Source: Amoeboaphelidium protococcarum X5 (Eukaryota; Fungi; Aphelidiomycota). Taken from it: a stretch of 64,000 nt of DNA. Of this stretch, positions 53,005 through 64,000 are shown one piece after another (position 1 is the stretch's first letter; the number at the start of each line of letters is the position of its first letter). The stretch covers positions 248,001-312,000 of the forward strand of contig JALDTO010000057.1 in the NCBI GenBank assembly GCA_023515725.1, in the 5' to 3' direction. Position numbers and translations under genes: made by a program. Under the pieces are notes generated by a model, which saw only the letters and a list, made by a program, of their open reading frames with translations, was not told the DNA's origin and did not search any database.

Positions 53005-53245
53005 GACGTATCTATATAGTCTTCTTTTATTCTGAGAGTAGAAGAAATGGGAGTCCGAGTTGGACTTAACACTAAATTTCATTTCATAACGTGATCAGTC
53101 TCCTCGTGGTTATTGAGTTTCAATTTATCTTGTTTGAATGCGACATTGTATTACAGTTACATAGAAAAAAGTGAGCAAAAATCCTATAGAATTATACTTT
53201 CAGAATATTGTATTAAACAGCGAAAGATATTGATAACCATCATCA

Positions 53246-54583
53246 TCATAGAGACTGTTTGTCCAGTTAATGAAATAGAGGATGTTCTAACGCTTAGTCT
53301 ATAGTTATACGAGCCTGAGGATCAACAACGAGACACCACGAGATTAAATGAGCCAACTACTTTCGATCTTGTACATTTTATATAAAGATTTAAGGATACA
53401 TGTCATCCACGTACCTCATCATGGAACGTCCAAGTCGAGGTGGACTGATGAGATTATAGATGGCTTTATATCCTTGTTCAAAACGTTCAACATTACGGAT
53501 AGCAAAAGAATGCTGATCTTAAAATTCCAACCGGTTAAGGACAAAGTTGATTAAAGTCAGTCCGAAACTGTACATATCTTCATTGGCCGTGACTTAACCA
53601 GTCTATAATCTATAAGGAGATGCAAATTCGAGAGTTCCTGCGATGCTATAACCTCCAGTGGGCTAACTCAAAGCCAAGTCGTTAATCACCGCTTCATAAC
53701 CATGAATACGTGACCATCTGAACAAGATGTTTTCAGGCTTTATATCATTATGAACCAGACCAGCTAAGTTCATATGTTTGAGAGCCAGAAGAATTTAATA
53801 AGCCCAGCGCAGAAGATAGCTGAAATTCGCGAATTCTAAAGCCGATTCATAAGACTTCAAACGGTCAAATACAACCATTTAGATCCCTCCCCACTTAAGC
53901 GCGTCACGAGGAGGATTCAAATACTTCTTTCCAAAACTATCAACGCTATTTAATAATCCATGAACTTCAATTTCCCTTTCGATCTAATCATTGGCCTATT
54001 TCCAAAGCTTATCGAGATTAAATCCATTATGGGCTAAATCTTATGAATTGATACGGGCCGCCTTTAATGCCACGTTACTTCTAATCTTGTAATCATAAAC
54101 CAAAGCAACGTCCGCAAATCCGCCCGCTCCCAATTTACTCAGCACTTAATACCTGAAGGCCAAGACGTCACCACCAGTGAAACCGCCAGTTATAGTACCG
54201 TCGTAGTACACTTTCAATGGCTCGTCGCGTTCGTGTCCACCGCCACCAAAACACTGACCAAATTTGGACAAGCACGACCGATGTTTCATCAAGACGGATT
54301 GACTGAGCTGGTAGATTTCGCGAATGTCATTTACTCTAATGTCATCAAGGTCATAATTGGTTAGGCAGCCTTTGAATTTCTTTAAGAAGACATCCAAACC
54401 TATAGGCTTCTTCATGCGTTCAAACAAGGCCACATTGCATTTCCCGTGAACTAATTCGCCAACCTTGGCGCCAAACTTAGAGAGTCTATTCAATTAGTTT
54501 GATTGCTGCTAGGCGGTCAAAATGGCGCCCACAAGTAATTGCAATGCCGCCAGCAGAGCTGTAATCATTACCAAAAATCTCAT
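53246..54583 (-). CDS. Secreted DYRK-derived protein kinase 2 (445 aa)
   Basis: Signal MRFLVMITALLAALQLLVGA; GDVLAFRYQVLSKLGAGGFA, VALK, HNDIKPEN, DLA. Confidence 0.85.
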
Positions 54584-54829
54584 TTCTAATTGTACCAGCT
54601 AATTTATAGAGAGGCGTTTAAACCACAATCTAGTCATGAAAAATCTCCACACGATTCTCACGCTTTTCCGCGCGTTGTCTCATGTGAATATCAAATTGGC
54701 TGACGCGACCAGCTGATGTCACATCGTGAAATCTCACCACGTTGGATCAATCTTAACCGCTCGAATTGCTTATTAGAACTATATGTAGTATAATTTATAA
54801 GAATATTTATTCCGAAAAACAATCTAAAT

Positions 54830-56335
54830 TCATTAACCTTCTCTTACTTTCTAAATTTACTGAAATAATGGCATCTTGAGTGCATCATCAATGGAGATTC
54901 GACGTTTGCTGTTTTCAAACAGAGTCAGAGCAATAAACTAAGCCACTTGATCTAATGTCTCATCATTAGGTATGGCAATACGAGGTGACCTTTTAAAAAT
55001 GCATTTGAGATTGCTCGATTTGACACTTGAGCCGCCACTAGTAGATCCGTGATTGTGATGCAAGTTGATCGACTCTGATGATAACTTTTAAGACTTTATG
55101 CCGTATCTTTCAGGATCATCTTAATCATCATCATAATTGGAGGTGGTGGGAGAATCTTGCACAGCGCCAGATAAGCAATCCTTAATCATAATTAAAGTCC
55201 TCCAAAATCCGTCACTATCATCATCACGAATCATGAGTCTTTTCTAGTTTTTTAAATAGTGCGTCCCAAATACGAAATTAAGCACAGTAAGTCCTAGGCT
55301 GAACATATCATCATTTAGCATTAGTTGAGTCTCTGCCCATTGCGAACAATGAGTAGGAACGAACAGTTTCGTCCCAACTCTCCCAGTACTGCCAACCTCC
55401 TTACATAGAGCAAAATCATTTAGAACCGCGTCATATCGCCCATTATCAAGCTTAAATAAGATGTTATCTGGTTTTATGTCATTGTGCAAATATTAATCCA
55501 TCATCAGATGCTTCATTGCCAGCAGAATTTACTGAGTCCATCTGATCAAATCATTATACGTAGCACGTTTTATGACAGACTTAAACGAATGCAGTTTGGG
55601 AAACACTGCAACAACTTGCCCGTTCCATTAAAAGTCATCAAGTACAGGATTGATGTACTTTAATCCGGAAGATTAATGGTTTTGCATCATATAGTTGACT
55701 TTGATTTCATTGGTTAACGCAACGTTAACTTTCGATTAAGGATTGCTCAATTTTTATTTACTAGCAAAAAAAGGCTCCATGTAAGCAATCTTGAGCGCCA
55801 CCTACATACCATTGCTACCATCAATGGCACTTACTACCATAGCATTACCACCAATGCCTAAGTGACCAGACACGCGATACCTAAACTTTATAACACTCCG
55901 TACACGGTAGTAACCAGCGATATTCATGAGTTCATCTTGACTCTTACGATCACCTTCATAGTCACCGATAAAGCAGCGACCAAATATTCCACCACATCCA
56001 ACGCGACCATTCTATGCTCTGTTGAACGATCGATAATCCTCATTGACGAGGTAAAACCAATCCAGCTCATTCTCTTTAATATCACGCCTCTCCTGCGCAG
56101 ATATACAACCAGAAAATCGCGACTGCATATCCTCCAGAGACAAAGGCTTTGGCGATTTATTAAATGCCTTCACATTACACTTGTCCAATTTTGTATTCTT
56201 ATTAGAATTTGAAAATATCAATCTACAATGTGCAACACATAGCCCAACATCCATCATTGACTAAACGCTATGATTTAGCAGCATCACCATCAGCACAGTT
56301 ATCTGTATTAATCTCTGATTCCATCCAAACATCAT
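54830..56335 (-). CDS. Secreted DYRK-derived protein kinase 3 (~501 aa)
   Basis: Signal-like N-terminus (alternative ATG at 56377); LGIGGNA, VALK, HNDIKPDN, DFA, DMFSLG. Confidence 0.82.
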
Positions 56336-56605
56336 CTGTATCATCAACACCATCATCAAAAAGAAACCAATTGGCATAAATTTTCTAAAATATCACGATA
56401 TATTCTGTTGACTGCAAGATTAACGAAAAAAGGGAAATAATTTTCATATTGACATGCCGTGATAAACCCCTAAGCTCCTGCTGATCAGCCATCTCATGAT
56501 TTTGTAATCGTCCAACCGTTCCTCTTTTCCACTGTACGTCAGAGAAGCTATTCATTAGTTTCTACTGGGCCAAAAATCTATAATTTAAGTCAGCCGCATA
56601 TTAAA

Positions 56606-58201
56606 ATGTTTAATCACACAGAGATTATACGGCTCATAAATTAATAGGATGCTTTGGATAATGTACAGTCTGAAATCTTAAAGGTGAAAACTATAATAGA
56701 AGAATACGAGTCACTCAAGTTGTCAATACATACAGAGAGCACTGCGGTAATCAGTGATATGAATGAGTTGAACTTCTTCAGTGATAAGCATTAGTAATTG
56801 AACGCGTTAAATTAAAATCTGTATTAATTACGTCTTGGTGGTGGAGTATTCCTAGTGGCTGATAAAAGTAAACACTTGATTGATTATGAGTAGATCAAGA
56901 TTTTATATATTTCCAGTGCTGGTCAGTTGAAAGTATTCTTGTATGCCAATATGAATGATCTCTTTAGTAAATTTACAGCTGGAATGACTTCATTTACTCT
57001 ACAGGACATTCAGTCACTGCGTATATCATTGGACAATTTTGATGAATCTGTGTTGGAAGATGTGGTTCACAATATATAATCTATCCGGTAGACTTAGTAG
57101 GTGGCAGATGGAAAATTAACAGGCTATGAAGTGAGGATATACTTTAAGCGAGGCAGGCGAAGACTTGGATTGTATACTAAAGATTCTTAGTTGGAATTGA
57201 CTCTTGGTGCTCACCTATAGCATTATAATGTGAAGAAACGCGTATTTATTTAGTCTATTGGCACATTGTGTAAAGATTTGAAGAACTGCCGCAATTATGT
57301 TGATACGATAGATGATGGTCAGAGCCGTCGAATATGTATTGCACTTTTGAGAAGACTATGGACCGCTTGTCTAATTGATGTGAAAGTGCCAGAAATTGAC
57401 AACGATAATGATTTACTCGATAATGATCAGTGGAAGCGTATTGGTTTTTAGACTAGTTAGCCTATGAAGGATTTTAGAGGTATGGGTCTTTTGGGTGTAT
57501 GGTTGTTGGTGTATCTGGCTGAATCGGTTATTGTATAACCGTCTTAATAAAGATTTAATTGGAAAGGTGACCCTGTGTAATCTTATGACAGAGTATTTCA
57601 TAACACTGGTTGGATCCAGAGGCACATTATTCAACAGGATAACCGTGGTGTGACTTATCCTTGGGCAATCGCGGGATTTAATGTTGGCTCGATGCTCTTA
57701 CATAATATTTTGCACATTAGTGATTAACGATTGGACTAGCACTTTACTGCGGATGTTTGGAACTCTCCCGCTGTTGATTTTCTGGCTGCTATCGAATCTT
57801 ATGAAATGCAGTAAGACGGTCGACGCGTTGTACCTCCTCAGTCATACGCTTTCGAAGAATTGTTCTGTTTAGCCATGGAAATGGTAGATAGAATATACGT
57901 CCGTGATTAGAGTTCGTACATGGATTTCCCTGCCGTACTGAAAAGAGTCGAGTTGACTTTAAGGTCTTGGTTTGATCCTTAGTAATATATCCCGTAGAGT
58001 CACCACCACCATCACCACCATCACTCTTAACCATCATAGAATAATGGTCACAGGTCAGTCGCTACTGATATCAACTCCAATGGACAATCTGCAACTACAC
58101 GCTTTGTGAATAATGTGTTTAAAAGAAGGGGAAATAGTCATCAATTGCTATAGATGACCGATCTCTGGTGTAAGCTTTAGAAAGAGTATCCAATCCAGTG
58201 A
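56606..58201 (+). CDS. ELMO/CED-12 domain protein (531 aa)
   Basis: QWKRIGFQ(TAG)TSQPMKDFRGMGLLG, YPWAIAGFNV, MDFPAVL; His8 tract near 58001-58024. Confidence 0.85.
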
Positions 58202-58283
58202 AGATACTATGCACTATAGCAACTGTTCGTTTTGGAAATAATACTATGTCAAATAATGTGTCGTCGTAAAGAAGTTGATATAT

Positions 58284-59534
58284 TCAATAGATTCCAGGTA
58301 AAATTCTGTAAGGGACTCTTGACCTGTACTACTTCCACAACTTGCCATACTTTTTAGAGCACTTGTCATCATCTCTCCAGTCTCTATGTATCAGAAGCAG
58401 GAACAGGTAGATTGGATAAAAGTATGGAATGAATGACAGGAACCTCAGACCACAAGGCAGAGCATATGAAGCAGCCAGAATCAGATCACCCAAGTAGTTG
58501 ATATGAGACGCCAATCCCCACCATCCGGACACCAACAGTCTACCGCCAATAACTTCAGGCTCACGGCCCCAAATCAGTCCACTTGGATCCTTCTTAAAAC
58601 TGTGCTTCTACCAATTGGCGAACCTGAAGATTATATAACCAGTCAGGAAGGTGGCAACATAAAGAGTCGCTTATACTGAACTGAACGGCATCACCGCGAC
58701 GGTCTCCTCAGTTAGAAACCACAGCTAAAGCGTAAAAGTGAACGGTATAAAGCACAAGTCTCCCCATACAAGCATGAAGCCAAACTTCTCTGCAATGATA
58801 TCCCAGGTGGAAGTGACAAATTCTTCAAACAAAAAGTAGTCAATTACGTACCAGTTGGTGAACACTTGATACAACACCATAGGCACACTTACTGCGCCAT
58901 TATTCAGCTCGTAATGTTTAGCCAGGAAGGATAGATTGATAAAGAGCCACAGCATCATCGACGGTCTCAACCAAAAAAAGTTCAACTTCAATCCAAGCAC
59001 TTCAGGCACCAACTCCTGGCCCATAACGAAATCTTCAATAGCACCAGAACCTGACATCATATTTGTGGCCCTGCCTCTGATGAATAGGTACAAGCTGACG
59101 GCGAACGCAATATAATGTGCCAGAACTAGAAGAGAGGAGAACTCATCATAACACAGCGTGTACTTGATCACGCCATAGTAACTCAGGCCAATGTACAGCG
59201 CAACAGTCGCGATCAATGACGACAGGCCGTTGCAGTAGAACTTTATAACACGCCCATCTCGTAGCGGCGGAGACTAACAGACGTAACCAGGCATTACAAA
59301 TGACAGTAAGTATAGCCAGGCGAAATAGGCAGCCATCGCTTTACACGCATAAGTAGATGGAATCAGAGCAGGCACAAGGTAGATTGAAATCTGTTGTTGC
59401 AATAACGAAAGCAAAATCTATGGGCGCGTTTTGAGGAGTAGCACTGTGTTCAACCCAGTGACTCTTTAATACTCATACATTGCTACAGACACGGCCACAG
59501 CAATCGCTGCATAACATTGCGCCTTCATTTACAT
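58284..59534 (-). CDS. Sterol C14-reductase, ERG4/ERG24 family (416 aa)
   Basis: FYCNG, STWDIIAEKFGFMLVWGD, LLVSGWWG..HINYLGD, HRDWRDDDKCSKKYG, VPYRILPGIY. Confidence 0.88.
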
Positions 59535-59857
59535 TCGCCCTATGAAAATTAACACCAAACTTAAATCTAACTGCTTACGAAGTGGGAACGGAAAGCAGTG
59601 GATTAATTCAAAGAACTTCTGTACTGTTTAAGTTCAGTCTTCTACTTCTCAGTTGGTAGAAAATCTCTGAGGATTAAGCTGAAACGCGCGCTCTCAGTTC
59701 GTTCCCATTAGAAGGCGCTATTGATTAGTTGACGCGATAACTCTCAAAGGTTCCTGTTAATTGTGTGCTTTTACTTTGGACTAAGTAACGTGCCATAATT
59801 GATAACATTGCGGATTGTGCAAAAGTCAAATATATAAGAATAATTATAGCGATAATT

Positions 59858-61627
59858 ATGGTGTTGGATATTGAGGAATTGAGTTTGTTGGATAACGCGT
59901 CGCATGTAAATCCATCAACTGCGGTGGATGATGACGATCATGATAAAGGTAGTGATCAAATGAGGTAAGATAGAGTTGCAGTGTATCTAAAGACTTGGGG
60001 ATGCTCTCATAACAATAGCGATGGCGAATACATGGCTGGGCTTTTGGATGAGGCTGGTTACCGCGTCATTTTGGGTGATAATGAGAAATTAGAGGCACAA
60101 GTATGGGTATTGAATGGATGCACAGTGAAATCTCCATCAGAGAGCACGTTCCATAATGCTATAAACTAGGCGAAAGCTAATGATATAAAGTTGATACTTA
60201 CTGGGTGTGTTCCACAGGCATCATTGCAAGCATACTCTAAGTATTCAATTGTCGGTGTACAATAGATTGATAGAATTGTGGAAGCTGTGGAAGAAGTTCT
60301 TTAAGGTAAGCTGTTCAAGGCGATTTAGAACAAGTTTGCCACCTCAGATTCTTCTGATGGTCAATTAAATTAAAGTGGCGGGAATAGCAATAAGAGACAT
60401 CGTAAAGCTGGTGGAGCCAAATTGCAACTACCTAAGATTAGAAAGAATCCATATGTGGAGATAATTCCCATCAATACAGGTTGTCTGAATTAGTGTACAT
60501 ATTGCAAGACTAAGCATGCGAGAGGAGATTTGGGGTCCTATTCTATTGCGGAGATTGTGGATCGTATGCAATAAGTCCTGCATGAAGGCGTAGTAGAGAT
60601 TTGGCTCACCTCTGAAGATTTGGGCGCGTATGGTCTGGATATTGGTCACACTCTACCAGATCTTCTCCGTAAAGTTGTACGTGTTGTGACTGAATACAAC
60701 GATTCTCATGGTTTCCGCGTAATGATACGCCTGGGTATGACTAATCCTCCGTATATTTTAGATGATGTGGAAGCTATAGCTGAAATACTTAATCACAAGT
60801 ACGTGTATAAATTTCTGCATATCCCCGTCCAGGCTGGTAGTAATCTGGTGCTGGGTGACATGAAGCGCGAGTACACGATTGAAGAGTTTAAATATCTCAC
60901 CACTTACTTGCAAAAGAACGTACCTGGAATATCTATTGCAACAGATATCATCTGTGGATTTCCCACAGAAACGGATGAGGATTTTTAAATGTCTTTGGAT
61001 GTTATAGATTGGCTAAAGCCTTCTGTACTTCATATCAGTCAGTTCTATGCACGTCCCAATACTGTTGCGGCTGCGATGGACCGTCTACCTAATCAAACTA
61101 TCAAGGATAGAAGTAGATAGATGACTCAACTCTTTTATTCGTATTAAACTTATGCTGAGGCTGTGGGTACTGTTTAGGAAGTGCTTGTGACTGAAGTATA
61201 GAAAAAGAATAAGGGTGGTGCTTCTAAAGAAGCTACTGAAGATATCTCCAGTGATGGAAAGTTGAAGAACTGTTGGGTGGCACATGACTAATTCTACAGA
61301 CAAGTTTTGATTGCTAGAAGTAGCTTTTAGGAATAAGATACGCAATATCTTGGTATGTCGTGCAAGGTAAAGATTAAAAGTTGCGGCAAATTTTATCTGA
61401 TCGGTGAGTTGACAGAAGAGCCGCGTTAAGCTAACGTGTAAGTATAATTATCTTCGGTGATGCTGCATAGAGCTGGTCAAAACAATCGCACAGTTGAAGT
61501 GATGCGGCTGAAGGTCAAGCAACACAACACCAAGTGGAGTGTGAAGGAACAGATACTGCTGTCAGTTTTGATCTCTTTACTGGCGGTTTACATTGCTCTG
61601 AGATTTTAATTGTTGAAAATTGATTGA
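59858..61627 (+). CDS. CDKAL1: t6A37 tRNA methylthiotransferase (589 aa)
   Basis: [16 protein letters not shown], radical-SAM CLNQCTYC (Q encoded by TAG), [19 protein letters not shown]-terminal TM. Confidence 0.93.
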
Positions 61628-61807
61628 AATAGGTAGTTTTGAGACTTTTTCTTATTAAGAAACAAGTAGAATGTCATTCATTTAACAAGTAAGGTTTTAT
61701 ATGCCTCAACCAAAGCTAACGACTTATACTTATAGTGCGGTAGACGTACTTTAGCAATGAGTGTTTACGGAAATTGGAAAATGAATAGGTGACGTACATC
61801 GCAACAC

Positions 61808-62156
61808 TGGAATCTACACTTTTCTACACCGAAAAACTACACCTTTCTACACCTTGACAACACTTCACGAAAACAATGGTTTGATCGTACAAACAATGGA
61901 ATCTACCTACACCTTTCTACACCTTGACAACACTTCACGAAAACAATGGTTTGATCGTACAAACAATGGAATCTACCTACACCTTTCTACACCATGACAA
62001 CACTTCACGAAAACAATGGTTTGATCGTACAAACAATGGAATCTACCTACACCTTTCTACACCAAAAAACTACACCTTTCTACACCTTGACAACACTTCA
62101 CGAAAACAATGGTTTGATCGTACAAACAATGGAATCTACCTACACCTTTCTACACC
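61808..62156. repeat. 70-bp minisatellite, about 4.5 near-identical units
   Basis: Same phase at 61851, 61921 and 61991; a 22-nt sub-repeat insertion precedes the last unit. Confidence 0.95.
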
Positions 62157-62481
62157 TGTTTAATCCTTGACAAATACCGATTGCAAACGCACAGACTATG
62201 GAATCAACTGTAAATGTATAACTTATATTGATTTCATGTTTGAAATACATCATGATTAGAGCATTTTCTTGATTAGCTATACATTCACTTCTGATACAGC
62301 TTAACATTAAAAACTTGACGATGTCATGAAATTTGTTGTGAAAAAGCTTGTGCGCGTTAATTACAGTAAAGTAGTTCTTTCGATATCAAAATTGTTTTTC
62401 TTGTCCTTTCTCTATCTGCTATCCAAAATCATTGAATAAAAGAAATTGCGGCTGAGTAGTTGCGTATAATATATTGCCACT

Positions 62482-62935
62482 ATGACTACACCTTTAAATC
62501 GCGATTAACGATAGAAATGCTATACATCGAGGGACGCATTTTTTAAATGTATGGATAAACATGATTTAATTACCAGCGATATGCAGACGATTTATGATCT
62601 CATGCGAAATCCTATTCTGAATCCCTTCACGCGTACTATCAATGGGGATAAGTCTAGTAGTTAGAATACAAAACCATCAGTGATGCCTGTTGAATGTTAG
62701 CGTTTACTTCAAAAATTCTAGCGGTACTGTCCATCCTCATGGGTAATAATTTACTACCATTATCATTATTTGATGCGTCAATTTCTCATTTATTCACTTT
62801 TGTGCATTATCAATGTAGATTAATCATTTTGAAAAGTTGAGATAACGAGATTTTGTTGTGCGAGAACTGGATAGAATGGGTATTAAGCAATTAAATTAGC
62901 CAACATATGGCGGTGGATAATAGTAAAACTAATGA
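62482..62935 (+). CDS. COA6: Cytochrome c oxidase assembly factor (125 aa; intron 62743-62818)
   Basis: RQKCYTSRDAFFKCMD...C...FQRYCPSSW|INHFEKLR; 76-nt GT..TAG intron. Confidence 0.8.
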
Positions 62936-62963
62936 AATTTTATAGAATGAGATGAAGCATGTT

Positions 62964-63760
62964 TCACTTTTATTGCTATTATGATGAGTCTTTATCACTT
63001 TGCAAATGACTGGATATACTACTTGCCTTAGTTTTCGGGATGGGAGAGTATCGATTATGCTTCTTGTATCTATCCTCTAAATTTTAAGTCGTAGCTTCTT
63101 CACTATCCTATTACTTTCTCTTATTGGTTGTGGATGATTACGCGTCTTACAATTTCTACAACTTTATATTTAAATGTAATCTGTTTAAGTTATTGTATAA
63201 TTAACCATGACGCGTAATCTTACCTCAATGTCAGCGTTAAATTACTTGTACGATGAACGTCCAGCTATAATTCTACTTTCGAAATCTTTATCTGTTTAAC
63301 TATGTCCATTATTATTCGTAGTAGTGGTGATATTCTTGTATGACATTAAGGATGCATAACTAGATTCCCTTTTAAATCGCCTTCTTTGTCCAGTTTAATA
63401 CACTTTAACCGCGGGTGATTCCCACATCATCGATGCATCAGATTTAAGATCACTACTACGAGTACTCTGTCCGCTTTAGATTTATGCAGTGCTTCCTTTA
63501 TTATCCTCTGACTAATCAGCGTTTTAATTATCTCGTTTAGATAATAATGATGAACTCTCTAATGATTGTTATTATTATGCGGTACCTCGGTTCATAAACT
63601 ACACCATATACATTCCGATAATAACTCTAGGTATGCGGTAAGATGGTTAGTTATGTACAATAAATACCTTCATAGATCTTAGCCGACCCGAAAGCTGTTT
63701 ATTTTCTGATTAATTTTGCTAACTTTAGCCATTACCAGTGTTATTCTACCTGTTAATCAT
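62964..63760 (-). CDS. Exosome cofactor Mpp6-like (219 aa; introns 63599-63667 and 63156-63223)
   Basis: LSGRLRSMK|FMNRG and GRSSYKQFNADIE motifs; two GT-AG introns give an intact frame ending in TGA. Confidence 0.75.
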
Positions 63761-64000
63761 TTTCTATCAATATCACTCCCGTCTCTTTTGATTAATTTGA
63801 AAAATAATAAATACAAATTATGTAACTGATTATAAAAGTGCTGTCTTATCGATATTCAAATGGAATAATAAAGAATTCGAAAATGATATCACTTGTTCAA
63901 ATCATAGATCAATTCATTATATCCTCTTCAAATAAAATATCTGTGTGGATAAAATCAAGTTCACTTGGTCTTCACAGCCATGGCATTCAGAGCACTGCCA

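Noticed and set aside
61808-62156. CRISPR array, or the 79-aa ORF at 61924-62163
   Set aside because: Units are contiguous with no unique spacers and there are no cas genes; the ORF is a by-product of the repeat.

Overview
Gene-dense, intron-poor eukaryotic nuclear DNA that uses a non-standard code: TAA and TAG read as Gln and only TGA stops. This is why the supplied standard-code ORF track is fragmented. The code plus the early-fungal/opisthokont gene content suggest an aphelid such as Amoeboaphelidium protococcarum (inference). Re-translation by hand gives about 34 CDS, all ending in TGA, with five short GT-AG introns, plus two tRNA-Phe genes. The main discovery is a 2.76-kb mobile element (about 6792-9554) encoding an apparently intact Fanzor2/TnpB-like RNA-guided nuclease written in the host's code. 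It has the rearranged RuvC D-E-D triad, no zinc finger, an overlapping upstream ORF, imperfect terminal inverted repeats and no transposase. An internally deleted second copy (about 41129-42331) keeps a well-conserved right end with a compensatory base-pair change, marking a candidate omega-RNA followed by a different guide. Other points of interest: three tandem secreted DYRK-derived kinases, four orphan 7TM-like paralogues, a cfa/methyltransferase/FAD-oxidoreductase lipid cluster, a truncated CC2D2A-like gene, a LeuRS with a possible mitochondrial presequence, and duplicated tRNA-Phe cassettes with a U1xC72 mismatch. Family assignments are from motif recognition; no searches were run.
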